DNA of 64,000 bases, taken from contig JADCHE010000036.1 in the NCBI GenBank assembly GCA_020248665.1, positions 1,996 to 65,995 of the forward strand, in the 5' to 3' direction. Shown piece by piece: positions 38,286 to 50,192 of the stretch. A program made the translations under genes and the position numbers. This stretch comes from Burkholderiales bacterium. Lineage in GTDB: Bacteria; Pseudomonadota; Gammaproteobacteria; Burkholderiales; Burkholderiaceae_E. Position 1 is the first letter of the stretch. Every line of letters begins with the position of its first letter. The notes beneath the pieces are model-generated. The model was not told the DNA's origin and searched no databases. It saw only the letters and a program-made list of their open reading frames with translations.

Positions 38286-38923
38286 AGATGACCGGAGAGC
38301 GCCTGCTGCCGGTGACGCCGCAGCAGGCCTGGGACGCGCTCAACGACCCGGCGATGCTCAAGGACTGCATCCCCGGCTGCGAGTCGGTGACGATGACCGA
38401 GCCTAGGCACTACGAGCTGGTGATGGCGGCGAAGGTCGGCCCGGTGTCGGCGCGCTTCAAGGGGCGCCTGACGCAGTCCGATGTCGTCGAGCCGGAGTCG
38501 TACACGATCCAGTTCGACGGCCAGGGCGGCGCGGCCGGCTTCGGCAAGGGCACGGCCGCGGTCCGGCTGGCGCCGGCGGAGGGCGGCACGCGGCTGGATT
38601 ACGATGTGTCGGCGCAGATCGGCGGCAAGCTCGCGCAGATCGGCTCGCGGTTGGTCGATTCGGCGGCGCGCAAGATCGCCGACGAGTTTTTCGGGAACTT
38701 CGAGACGAAGCTGCGCGAGCGGGCGGGCGCGTCGGTCGAAGGCGCCGTGGCCGCCGAGGGCGCCGAGGCGGGGCTGGCCGCGGGCGACCGATCCGCCGCC
38801 GGCCCCTCCGCGCAGCCCCCGAGCGCGTCGGACGGGGTCCGGTCGCCCGACCGGTCCCGCTGGATCGCCTGGGCGATCGCGCTCGCGCTCGCCGCGGCGA
38901 TCATGTTGTGGTTCGGGCGCTGA
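38282..38923 (+). CDS. SRPBCC-fold CoxG-like protein with a C-terminal membrane anchor
   Basis: PQQAWDALNDPAMLKDCIPGCESV...VGPVSARFKG...IGGKLAQIGSRLVD is the CoxG family pattern. The tail is WIAWAIALALAAAIMLWFG. ATG overlaps the VWA stop (ATGA). Confidence 0.8.
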   Translation: MKMTGERLLPVTPQQAWDALNDPAMLKDCIPGCESVTMTEPRHYELVMAAKVGPVSARFKGRLTQSDVVEPESYTIQFDGQGGAAGFGKGTAAVRLAPAEGGTRLDYDVSAQIGGKLAQIGSRLVDSAARKIADEFFGNFETKLRERAGASVEGAVAAEGAEAGLAAGDRSAAGPSAQPPSASDGVRSPDRSRWIAWAIALALAAAIMLWFGR

Positions 38924-38947
38924 GGGCGCCCGCGGAAGGAGGACACG

Positions 38948-39955
38948 ATGGACAGTCTCGATCTCCAGGTGCTGCGGCAGGCACGCGACTGGGTACGCGA
39001 GGGCCGCCGAGCGTGGCTGGTGACGGTCGCCGAGACCTGGGGCTCCGCGCCCCGCCCGCCCGGCGCGCTGCTGTGCCTGCGCGACGACGGACTCGTCGTC
39101 GGCTCGGTCTCCGGGGGCTGCGTCGAGGACGACCTGATCGACCGCGTCCGCAAGGGCGAGCGCGTCGGCACGCCTTCGACGATCGTCTACGGCATCACGA
39201 AGGACGAGGCCGCCCGCTTCGGCCTGCCCTGCGGCGGCACGCTGCGGCTGGTTCAGGAGCCGCTGGCAGACGCGTCGTGGATCGACGCGCTGCTCGAGCG
39301 CACCGGGCGCCACGAGCTCGTCGCACGCCGGGTCGACCTCTCGAGCGGCGCGGTGGCGCTGGAGCCGGCGCACCGCGGCGAGCCGTTCGAGCTCGCCGGC
39401 GACACGATGCGCCAGATGTTCGGCCCGCGCTGGCGGATGCTGGTGATCGGTGCGGGGCAGCTGTCGCGCGTGCTCGCGGAGATGGCGCTCGCGCTCGACT
39501 TCGAGGTGATCGTCTGCGACCCGCGCGAGGAATACCACCTGACCTGGGACGTGCCCGGCACGACCTTCACGAAGGAGATGCCCGACGACGCGGTGCTGCG
39601 CCTGGAGCTCGACGCCCACAGCGCGGTGGTCGCGGTCACGCACGACCCCAAGCTCGACGACATGGTGCTTCTGGAAGCCCTGAAGTCGCCGTGCTTCTAC
39701 GTCGGCGCGCTCGGTTCGCGCGCGAACACCGCCAAGCGCAAGGAGCGCATGAAGCTGTTCGACCTGAGCGATGCCGAGATCGCCCGGCTGCACGGGCCGA
39801 TCGGGCTGGACATCGGCAGCCGCACCCCCGCCGAGATCGCGGTGTCGATCCTCGCTGAGATCGTGGCCGTCAAGAACGGCGTGGCGCTGCGCCAGAAGAA
39901 GCCCGACGGCGCGGGCGGTTCGGCGAGCGAGTGCGCGATCGCGGGGGCTGGCTGA
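38948..39955 (+). CDS. XdhC/CoxI-family Mo-cofactor maturation protein
   Basis: XdhC_CoxI N-domain (AWLVTVAETWGSAPRPPGALL...GSVSGGCVE) plus a Rossmann-like C-domain (MLVIGAGQLS). Confidence 0.85.
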   Translation: MDSLDLQVLRQARDWVREGRRAWLVTVAETWGSAPRPPGALLCLRDDGLVVGSVSGGCVEDDLIDRVRKGERVGTPSTIVYGITKDEAARFGLPCGGTLRLVQEPLADASWIDALLERTGRHELVARRVDLSSGAVALEPAHRGEPFELAGDTMRQMFGPRWRMLVIGAGQLSRVLAEMALALDFEVIVCDPREEYHLTWDVPGTTFTKEMPDDAVLRLELDAHSAVVAVTHDPKLDDMVLLEALKSPCFYVGALGSRANTAKRKERMKLFDLSDAEIARLHGPIGLDIGSRTPAEIAVSILAEIVAVKNGVALRQKKPDGAGGSASECAIAGAG

Positions 39956-40061
39956 GTTCCGACTGCCGGGCCGGGAAAGCCCCGGTCGCGCGATCGTCCG
40001 GTTGCGGCCGACCGCGCCGGACCCGTGGTTGAACCGCGGCTCGCCGTCCACGCGGATCGAC

Positions 40062-40823
40062 ATGGACCCTTCGCCCCCGCCTGCCTCGCCGCTCCATCAC
40101 ATCGAGCGCTTCGACGTCGGCATCGTGCAACTCGATGCCGAGCGCCGGGTGATCGGGATGAACGACTTCGCGCGGCGCGTGCTGCCGGTCGAGCGCATGC
40201 AGCCCTTCGACCGGATGGTGCTGTCGTTCCATCCCGAGCGCTCGCAGCCGAAGGGCGAGTTCCTGCTCGATCGGGCCGGCGCCTGCCCGGCGGCGAACCC
40301 GCTGCCGATGACGATGATCATCAACATCCCCGAGCGGGTGCTGCTGATCAAGGTCAGCCGGATGACCGACGGCGCGGGCGACCCGGTCGCCTACGTGCTG
40401 GTCTTCCACGACGTAACGGAGACGGTGGCGGTCGAGCCGGTGCCGGGCGCGCCGCGCGACGCCCGCCGGCGGCTGCACAAGATCCCGACCGCGCAGGGTT
40501 CGCAGATCCTGTTCGTCGATGCCGAGCAGGTGCTGCGCGTGCATTCCGACGGCCACTACACGCGGGTGGTCACCGCCGACGGCGAGCGCTTCTGCAATCT
40601 CGGCATCGGCGACCTCGAGGCCCGCCTCGACCCCGAGCGCTTCTTCCGCGTCCACCGCACCCACATCCTGAACCTCGACGCGGTCCGCGAGCTCGTCCGC
40701 GCCGACGGCCGCCTGGCGGTGCGACTGCGCGGCGACGCCACCGAGATCCCGGTGTCGCGGACGGCCGCGGCGGGACTGCTCGAGCGCCTCGGGCTCGCCG
40801 CGTCGGCCGTTCGGGCCGTCTGA
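40062..40823 (+). CDS. rcoM: PAS-LytTR single-component regulator, RcoM-like (CO-responsive regulator candidate)
   Basis: N-terminal PAS-like fold (FDVGIVQLDAERRVIGMNDFARRVL...SFHPERS...VLVFHDVTE) and a C-terminal LytTR domain (ILFVDAEQVLRVHSDGHYTRVVTADGERF...FFRVHRTHILNLDAV). It sits directly upstream of coxMSL. Confidence 0.7.
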   Translation: MDPSPPPASPLHHIERFDVGIVQLDAERRVIGMNDFARRVLPVERMQPFDRMVLSFHPERSQPKGEFLLDRAGACPAANPLPMTMIINIPERVLLIKVSRMTDGAGDPVAYVLVFHDVTETVAVEPVPGAPRDARRRLHKIPTAQGSQILFVDAEQVLRVHSDGHYTRVVTADGERFCNLGIGDLEARLDPERFFRVHRTHILNLDAVRELVRADGRLAVRLRGDATEIPVSRTAAAGLLERLGLAASAVRAV

Positions 40824-40916
40824 GCGCTCGGCGCGCGGCGCGCGACGCGCGACGCGCCCCCGCCCGCGGTACCCCTGCGGGCCACCCGGCCCGAAGACCC
40901 TGACGACCCCAGGGCC

Positions 40917-40965
40917 GTTCGTGCCCCTGCGCTGCAGTTCGTGCGGACGACCCCTCGGTCCGTGA
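40917..40965 (+). promoter_or_regulatory. three phased direct repeats (GTTCGTGC / GTTCGTGC / GTCCGTGA) upstream of coxM; candidate RcoM operator
   Basis: Repeats start at 40917, 40937 and 40958 (20-21 bp phasing). Each contains a TTnnnG-type core (TTCGTG, TTCGTG, TCCGTG). They lie about 100-150 bp upstream of the coxM ATG. Confidence 0.5.
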
Positions 40966-41063
40966 AGGCGTTTCGACAGCGGGCGGCGTGGCGGTGCACA
41001 CTCCTCCCTCGTCCTGGACAAACGGCGGACGAGCCCCGACCCGGGGCATCACGAGGAGACACC

Positions 41064-41927
41064 ATGATTCCACCCGCGTTCGAGTACCACGCGCCGCGCT
41101 CCGTCGGCGAGGCCGTGACCCTGCTCGGCTCGCTCGGCGCCGACGCCAAGCTGCTCGCCGGCGGCCACAGCCTGCTGCCGATGATGAAGCTGCGCTTCGC
41201 GCAGCCTGCCCACCTGATCGACCTCAACCGCATCGAGGCGCTGCGCGGGATCCGCGAGGACGGCGACACGATCCGCATCGGCGCGATGACCGTCGAGAAC
41301 GCGCTGATCGCCTCGCCGGTGCTGAAGGCGCGCGTGCCGCTGCTCGCCGAGGCCGCGAAGCTGATCGCCGACCCGCAGGTCCGCAACCGCGGTACGATCG
41401 GCGGGGACATCGCGCACGGCGACCCCGCGAACGACCACCCGGCGCTGTCGCTGGCGCTCGAGGCCACCTTCGTGCTGACCGGTCCGGACGGCGAGCGCAC
41501 GGTCGCCGCAGACGACTTCTTCCTCGGCCTCTACGTGACGGCGCTCGCCGAGAACGAGATCCTCACCGAGATCCGGATGCCGGCCTTCGCTCCGGAGACC
41601 GGCTGGGCCTACGAGAAGCTCAAGCGCAAGACCGGCGACTGGGCGACCGCGGGCGCGGCCGTCGTGCTGCGTCTGGACGGCGGACGCGTGGCCCGCGCGC
41701 GGATCGCGCTGACCAACGTCGGTCCGACCGCGCTGCGCGCCGCCGACGCCGAGGCCGCGCTGCTCGGCAAGCCGCTCGACGACGCGTCGATCGATGCCGC
41801 CGCACGAGCCGCGATGGCGATCTGCGACCCCGCCGAGGACCTGCGCGGGGACCGCGAGTACAAGACCGCGATGGCCGGCCAGATGGTCCGCCGCGCGATC
41901 CGCGCCGCCGCGGCGCGGGCCCATTGA
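41064..41927 (+). CDS. coxM: CO dehydrogenase medium (FAD) subunit
   Basis: [19 protein letters not shown] and [31 protein letters not shown] before ATG 41064. It is the first gene of an M-S-L order typical of form-I cox operons. Confidence 0.85.
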   Translation: MIPPAFEYHAPRSVGEAVTLLGSLGADAKLLAGGHSLLPMMKLRFAQPAHLIDLNRIEALRGIREDGDTIRIGAMTVENALIASPVLKARVPLLAEAAKLIADPQVRNRGTIGGDIAHGDPANDHPALSLALEATFVLTGPDGERTVAADDFFLGLYVTALAENEILTEIRMPAFAPETGWAYEKLKRKTGDWATAGAAVVLRLDGGRVARARIALTNVGPTALRAADAEAALLGKPLDDASIDAAARAAMAICDPAEDLRGDREYKTAMAGQMVRRAIRAAAARAH

Positions 41928-41943
41928 CCCGGGGAGACGAAGG

Positions 41944-44828
<2,885 letters not shown>

Positions 44829-44832
44829 TCCC

Positions 44833-45585
44833 ATGGAAGTCAAACTGGACAAGAAGTACCCGGTCGCCGCGACCGTCGAGCAGGCGTGGGCGGTGCTCGC
44901 CGACGTCCGCGCGACGGCCGCCTGCATGCCGGGCGCGCAGATCACCGAGCAGGACGACGACACGCACTACAAGGGCGTGGTCAAGAGCAAGGTCGGGCCG
45001 GCGACGATGACCTTCAACGGCACGATCGAGGTGCTGGCGCTCGACGCGGCAACACGCACGCTGCGGATGCTCGGGTCGGGCGCCGACCGCGCAGGCTCGT
45101 CGGCATCGATGGACCTGACCGCGCGCGTCGTGCCGGTCGACGGCGGCGGCTCAGTGCTCGAGGGCGGGGCGGTCATCAAGGTCAACGGCAAGCTCGCGCA
45201 GTTCGGCAACCGGCTGCTGGTGCCGGTGGCGGACGCGATGCTCGCGCAGTTCGCCGACCGGTTCCGCGCGGCGGCGGCGGCGGTGCCGGTGGCCGGGACG
45301 GCGCCGGCGGGCGCGGCTCCGGTGGCGTCGACGGCGGTCGACGCGGCCGGTGCACAGGTCGGCGACACGATGTCCTCGTCGTCGATGTCCGCGTCGTCGT
45401 CCGAAGCAACGACGGCGGCTGCGCCCGACGGCGCTCCGTCTGCCGTGCCGCCGGGCACGGCCGCCGCCCCGCCCCGCACCGCACCCACCGCGCCGGCGCC
45501 CGCGCCGACCGAGCTCAACGCGCTGTCGCTGATCTGGGCGGTGATCAAGGGCTGGTTCGCCGGCCTGTTCGGGAAGCGCGCGTGA
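44833..45585 (+). CDS. coxG: CoxG-like SRPBCC protein with an Ala/Pro/Ser-rich linker and a C-terminal amphipathic/hydrophobic tail
   Basis: EQAWAVLADVRATAACMPGAQI...VGPATMTFNG...VNGKLAQFGNRLL is the CoxG pattern. The tail is LSLIWAVIKGWFAGLFG. Confidence 0.75.
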   Translation: MEVKLDKKYPVAATVEQAWAVLADVRATAACMPGAQITEQDDDTHYKGVVKSKVGPATMTFNGTIEVLALDAATRTLRMLGSGADRAGSSASMDLTARVVPVDGGGSVLEGGAVIKVNGKLAQFGNRLLVPVADAMLAQFADRFRAAAAAVPVAGTAPAGAAPVASTAVDAAGAQVGDTMSSSSMSASSSEATTAAAPDGAPSAVPPGTAAAPPRTAPTAPAPAPTELNALSLIWAVIKGWFAGLFGKRA

Positions 45586-46472
45586 CCGACGCCGCGCTGC
45601 GCGAGCGGCTGCACCGTGCGGGCTACGTCTGCGACGAGGGCCTGGCCACCACGTTGTGGCTCGCCGGCGAGCTGCAGCGGCCGCTGCTGGTCGAGGGCGA
45701 CGCCGGCGTGGGCAAGACCGCGCTGGCGGTCGCGCTCGCGCGCGCGACCGACCGCCGGCTGGTGCGGCTGCAGTGCCACGAGGGTATCGACCTCGCGCAG
45801 GCGGCGTACGAGTGGAATTACGGGCGCCAGCTGCTGGCGATCCGGCTGCACGAGGGTGACGGCGCACGCGCGAAGGAGGCCGACCTGTTCGCGCGCGACT
45901 ACCTGCTCGAGCGACCGCTGCTGCAGGCGATCGCGAGCGAACGCCCCTGCGTGCTGCTGATCGACGAGGTCGACCGTGCCGACGAGGGCTTCGAGGCCTT
46001 CCTGCTCGAGGTGCTCGCCGACTGGCAGATCACCGTGCCGGAGCTGGGCACGCTCGCCGCCCGCCACGTGCCCGTCGCGGTGCTGACCGCCAACGGCACG
46101 CGCGAGCTGTCCGACGCGCTGCGCCGGCGCTGTCTCTACCATTGGCTCGACTATCCGACGCTCGCGCGGGAGATCGCGATCGTGCGCGAGACCCTGCCCG
46201 AGGCCGAGGGCACGCTCGTCGAGCAGGCCGTCTCGTTCGTGCAGCGGCTGCGGCGCGAGGACCTCGCGAAGACACCCGGCGTCGCCGAGACACTCGACTG
46301 GATCCGCGCCCTGCACCGGCTGCGCTTCGCCGCGCTGCCCGAGGACCCGCACGCGTTCGACGCGACGCTGGGCTGCCTGCTGAAGACGCGCGAGGACCGC
46401 TTCCAGATGGCGCCCGAGCGCCTGCGGCGGCTCGTCGAGGGACGCCGCGCCGGCGTCGCGGAGAAAGGCTGA
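45582..46472 (+). CDS. coxD: MoxR-family AAA+ ATPase CoxD
   Basis: Walker A GDAGVGKTALA, Walker B VLLIDEVDRA. GTG at 45582 overlaps the coxG stop. Confidence 0.85.
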   Translation: MTDAALRERLHRAGYVCDEGLATTLWLAGELQRPLLVEGDAGVGKTALAVALARATDRRLVRLQCHEGIDLAQAAYEWNYGRQLLAIRLHEGDGARAKEADLFARDYLLERPLLQAIASERPCVLLIDEVDRADEGFEAFLLEVLADWQITVPELGTLAARHVPVAVLTANGTRELSDALRRRCLYHWLDYPTLAREIAIVRETLPEAEGTLVEQAVSFVQRLRREDLAKTPGVAETLDWIRALHRLRFAALPEDPHAFDATLGCLLKTREDRFQMAPERLRRLVEGRRAGVAEKG

Positions 46473-46479
46473 GGCCGCG

Positions 46480-47622
46480 ATGCGCGCCGAGCCGCTCGAG
46501 GCGATCGCCGGCTTCGCCGCGTTGCTGCGCGAGCACGGCCTCGCGGTCGGCGTCGCCGAGCAGCGCGCGATGGTACAGGCCGCGCTCGCGGTGCCGCTGG
46601 GGCGCGCCGCGACGCTCGACGCGGGATGGCGGGCGATCGCCTGCCGCGATGCGCGCGACTGGCGCGCATGGCCCGAGCTCTTCGAGCGCTACTGGCATCC
46701 GGACCGCGTGAAGGGCACCGTCCGCAGCAGCGGCAGGACCCGGCCGGCGCGCGACCTGCGCCAGCTGGTCCAGGCGCTGCACGCGTCGCTCGGCACGCCG
46801 GGCGGTCGCCCCGGCGACACCGCGCTGGGCGAGTCCGCGGGCGCCGCCGACGACGAGTCGGCCGCGCCGCGCGCGCGGGGCGGCGCGAGCCGCACCGAGG
46901 CGCTGCACGACCGCTCGCTGTCGGAGTGGCTGCCGCAGGACCTCGCCGAGCTGCAGCGGCTCGCCGAACGGATCGCGCAGCGGCTGCGCCGCCGGCTCAC
47001 CCGACGCCGCCGGGCGCATCCGCGCGGCGCGCGGCTCGATCTTCGGCGCACCCTGCGCGCGAGCCTCGCCACCGGCGGCACGCCGATCGCCCCCGCCTGG
47101 CAGCGGCCTCGCCGCGAGCGACCACGTCTGTACGTGCTGGTCGACGTCAGCCGCTCGATGGAGACCCATGCGCAGCTCTTCCTGCGGATCGCCCGCGCGC
47201 TGGTCGTCGCGGCCGACGCGCGGGTCTTCGTCTTCCACACCCGGCTGGCCGAGGTGACGCCGATGCTGCGGCGCGACTCGGCGACCGTGCAGGAGAAGGT
47301 CAACGCGGTGTCGGCCGGTTTCGGCGGCGGCACCCGGATCGCGACCAGCCTCGCCGACTTCCACGGCACCCACGTGCGGACCGGCCTGGGCCGCAACGCC
47401 CGGGTCTGGGTGCTGTCCGACGGCTTCGACGCCGATCCGCCCGATGCGCTCGGCCGCGAGCTCGCGGCGGTGCGCGCGCGCGGCGCGGCGCTCACCTGGT
47501 TCCACCCGTCCGCGCGGCCGCCGGCCTCGGCAGCGATCGAGGCCGCCCGGGCTTCGATCGGCCGCTTCGTGCGCCTCGACAGCCTGCGCGACCTGGCCGC
47601 CGCCGCGGCCGTGCTGCACTGA
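46480..47622 (+). CDS. coxE: VWA-domain protein CoxE
   Basis: LYVLVDVSRSMETHAQLFL (MIDAS). Its position after coxD fits. Confidence 0.8.
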   Translation: MRAEPLEAIAGFAALLREHGLAVGVAEQRAMVQAALAVPLGRAATLDAGWRAIACRDARDWRAWPELFERYWHPDRVKGTVRSSGRTRPARDLRQLVQALHASLGTPGGRPGDTALGESAGAADDESAAPRARGGASRTEALHDRSLSEWLPQDLAELQRLAERIAQRLRRRLTRRRRAHPRGARLDLRRTLRASLATGGTPIAPAWQRPRRERPRLYVLVDVSRSMETHAQLFLRIARALVVAADARVFVFHTRLAEVTPMLRRDSATVQEKVNAVSAGFGGGTRIATSLADFHGTHVRTGLGRNARVWVLSDGFDADPPDALGRELAAVRARGAALTWFHPSARPPASAAIEAARASIGRFVRLDSLRDLAAAAAVLH

Positions 47623-47635
47623 AGGAGACTCCGAG

Positions 47636-48811
47636 ATGAACCCCGCCCACGACGTCCTCGCGGCCGCGCAGCGGCTGCGGACCGAGCAGCGACCGTTCGC
47701 GCTGGTGACCGTGCTGCGGGTCGCGCCGCCCGCCTCGGCCCGCCCTGGCGACAAGGCGGTGGCCACCGCCGACGGCATCGTCCACGGCTGGATCGGCGGC
47801 GGCTGCGCGCAGCCGGCGGTGACGAAGACGGTGCGCGCCGCGCTCGCCGACGGACGCGCTCGGATGATCCGGATCGCGCCGGCCGACGAGGGCAGCGTCC
47901 GCGAGCTCGACGAGGTGCTCGAGTTCGGCATGGCCTGCCACTCGGGCGGCACGCTCGAGCTCTTCGTCGACCCGGTGCTGCCCGACGCGCGCCTGGTGGT
48001 GATCGGCGACACGCCGCTCGCCGCGGCGCTGGCCGGCCTCGCGCCACGCGTCGGGCTGCCGGTGGTCGTGGTCGCGCACGGCGGCGACGCGGCGCGCTAT
48101 CCCGACGCGCAGCGCGTCGTCACCGACGACGGCGCGACCGCCGAGGTGCCCGCGGGCGCCTTCGTCGTCATCGCGACGCAGGGCCGCCGCGACCTGCAGG
48201 GCCTGCGGGTGGCGCTCGCGGTCGGCGCGCGGCGAGTGTTCTTCGTGGCGAGCGCGCGCAAGGCCGCGGTGCTGAAGGCCTCGCTGGTCGAGTCCGGCGG
48301 CGATCCGGCCGCGGTCGCCGCGATCGTCGCACCGGCCGGCCAGCCGATCGGCGCGCAGACGCCGGAGGAGATCGCGCTGTCGGTGCTGGCGGCGGTGATC
48401 GCGGCGCGGCGCGAGCGCGCGGGCGACGGGCCCGCGGCGACCCGGACCGCGTTGGTTTCCGCCGGAACGCCCGTCGCGGACATCTCCGCCGAATCGAGCG
48501 CGACCGACGTTTCCGCGGAAACGCGCGCCGCGGATGCGCCCGCCGGGACGCGCGCCGCCGACTCGCTCGCCGAAGCGCCCAGCTCGCCGTCGCCGTCGGC
48601 CTGCTGCGGCGGGAGCACGGCCGAGGCCGTCGCCACCGAGGCCGTCGCGACCGGCGGCATCGTAATCGCCCGCCGCCGTCCCACGACCGCGGTCGCCGCG
48701 TCCGCGGCCGTCGCGGCGTCGGTTGCGGACCCGTCCGGCCTCGCACGCCAGGGCGCCGCGAGCGGCCCGTCCCCTGCGCCCGCCGCGCCCCGCTCCTGCT
48801 GCGGAGGCTGA
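47636..48811 (+). CDS. coxF: XdhC-family maturation protein (CoxF-like) with a ~125-aa low-complexity C-terminal extension carrying two Cys-Cys-Gly-Gly motifs
   Basis: FALVTVLRVAPPASARPGDKAV...GWIGGGCAQP (XdhC_CoxI) and LVVIGDTPLAAALA (Rossmann). The tail is ...SAESSATDVSAETRAADAPAGTRAAD...SPSPSACCGGSTAEAVATEAVATGG...APAAPRSCCGG. Confidence 0.8.
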   Translation: MNPAHDVLAAAQRLRTEQRPFALVTVLRVAPPASARPGDKAVATADGIVHGWIGGGCAQPAVTKTVRAALADGRARMIRIAPADEGSVRELDEVLEFGMACHSGGTLELFVDPVLPDARLVVIGDTPLAAALAGLAPRVGLPVVVVAHGGDAARYPDAQRVVTDDGATAEVPAGAFVVIATQGRRDLQGLRVALAVGARRVFFVASARKAAVLKASLVESGGDPAAVAAIVAPAGQPIGAQTPEEIALSVLAAVIAARRERAGDGPAATRTALVSAGTPVADISAESSATDVSAETRAADAPAGTRAADSLAEAPSSPSPSACCGGSTAEAVATEAVATGGIVIARRRPTTAVAASAAVAASVADPSGLARQGAASGPSPAPAAPRSCCGG

Positions 48812-48812
48812 C

Positions 48813-49487
48813 ATGGGCTGCATCCTGAAGGGCGGCGGCGGACTGTACGCGCGGGTGGTGGTCGGGGCGGTGCTGCTCGCAGCCGGCGCAGGCTCGCGGA
48901 TGGGCGGCCGGCCGAAATCCCTGCTCGAGCTCGGAGGGGTGCCCCTGATCCGCCGGCAGCTGATCGCGCTGTCGGGCGCCGGCGTCGACGAGGTGGTGGT
49001 GGTGCTCGGCCACCATGCCGACGCGATCGAGCCGGTGATCCAGTCGTTCCCGGTGACCCTCGTGCGCAACCCGAATCCGGACGACGGGCTCGCGTCGTCG
49101 CAGCGCATCGGGCTCGCGGCGCTGTCCGGCAAGCTCGACGCGGTGGTGATCGCGCTGGCCGACCAGCCGATGCTCAACGCGCAGGACATCGTCGCGCTGA
49201 TCGGCGCGTGGAAGAAGCGGCCCGAGGGTGCGTCGGTGGTCCATCCGCTGGTCGACGGCGAACGCGGCAACCCGGTCGTGATCGGTGCCGACGTGCGCGA
49301 GCAGGTGCTGGCCGGCGCCGCGAACGTCGGCTGCCGCCAGTGGCAGGCGGCGAACCCGGCCGCGGTCGCGCCCTTCGTCACCGACAACCGCCGATACCGG
49401 GTCGATGTCGACACGCCCGAGGACATCGCGCGCTTCGAGCGCGAGACCGGACACGCGCTGCGCTGGCCCGCGGGGCTCGCCGCGTGA
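48813..49487 (+). CDS. MobA/MocA-like nucleotidyltransferase (molybdenum cofactor cytidylyl/guanylyl-transferase family)
   Basis: VLLAAGAGSRMGGRPKSLLEL and ALADQP are MobA-like NTP-transferase motifs. GCGGAGG RBS. Confidence 0.75.
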   Translation: MGCILKGGGGLYARVVVGAVLLAAGAGSRMGGRPKSLLELGGVPLIRRQLIALSGAGVDEVVVVLGHHADAIEPVIQSFPVTLVRNPNPDDGLASSQRIGLAALSGKLDAVVIALADQPMLNAQDIVALIGAWKKRPEGASVVHPLVDGERGNPVVIGADVREQVLAGAANVGCRQWQAANPAAVAPFVTDNRRYRVDVDTPEDIARFERETGHALRWPAGLAA

Positions 49488-50188
49488 GCCTCGGTCCGGG
49501 CGTCCACGCGCTGTGGCCGACGCCGCTCGCGATCTACCGGATGCCCCGGGCCGACACGCTGAACCCGGTCCTCGCGCGCATGCTCGCCGCGCTGCGGGTC
49601 GCGCAGTGCGCGCAGCGCGGCGAGCCGGCCGATGCGCCCTTCTTCGCGAGCGACGACGACCTGCTGCAGCGGCTGCGCACCGCCGAAGGCGAGGCACTGG
49701 TGCGCTTCGTCGTCGGATCGCTGCAGGACGCGGTCGGCCGCGCGAACGCCGCCGCGTGGCCGCCGGGCCGGCGATCGCTCGAGGTCGCGATCGACGGCAT
49801 GTGGTTCCAGTGCAGCCGGGGCGGCGCGTTCCACGACGTGCACACGCACGGCAACTGCTCGTGGTCCGGCGTCTACGTGGTCCAGGTCGATCCCGAGGAG
49901 CAACGGCGCGCGCATCCGCTGCACGGCGCGCGGCATGGGGTCACGCGCTTCTACGGGCCGTCGTTCTCCCGTCTGGGCGGCGCCCACGTCGACCTCGGCA
50001 ACGCGTACATGCAGCCGCCGCACGTCGACGTCGATCCGGTGCCCGGACAGCTGACGGTGTTCCCGTCGTGGCTGCCCCACCAGGCGATGCCCTACGACGG
50101 CGAGGCCGAACGGATCGTCGTCTCGTTCAACGCGAGCGTCCACGCGGCCGACGGCGACGACCGGGTGCACCGCTTCGCGGCGGGCTGA
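49484..50188 (+). CDS. 2OG-Fe(II)-oxygenase-like protein (2OG-FeII_Oxy_5 / TIGR02466-like)
   Basis: FHDVHTHGNCSWSGVYVV ... GQLTVFPSWLPHQAMP ... RIVVSFN matches the H-x-H...SG.Y / FPS.L.H / R.S.SFN pattern of that family. GTG at 49484 overlaps the preceding stop. Confidence 0.6.
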   Translation: MSLGPGVHALWPTPLAIYRMPRADTLNPVLARMLAALRVAQCAQRGEPADAPFFASDDDLLQRLRTAEGEALVRFVVGSLQDAVGRANAAAWPPGRRSLEVAIDGMWFQCSRGGAFHDVHTHGNCSWSGVYVVQVDPEEQRRAHPLHGARHGVTRFYGPSFSRLGGAHVDLGNAYMQPPHVDVDPVPGQLTVFPSWLPHQAMPYDGEAERIVVSFNASVHAADGDDRVHRFAAG

Positions 50189-50192
50189 CGCG

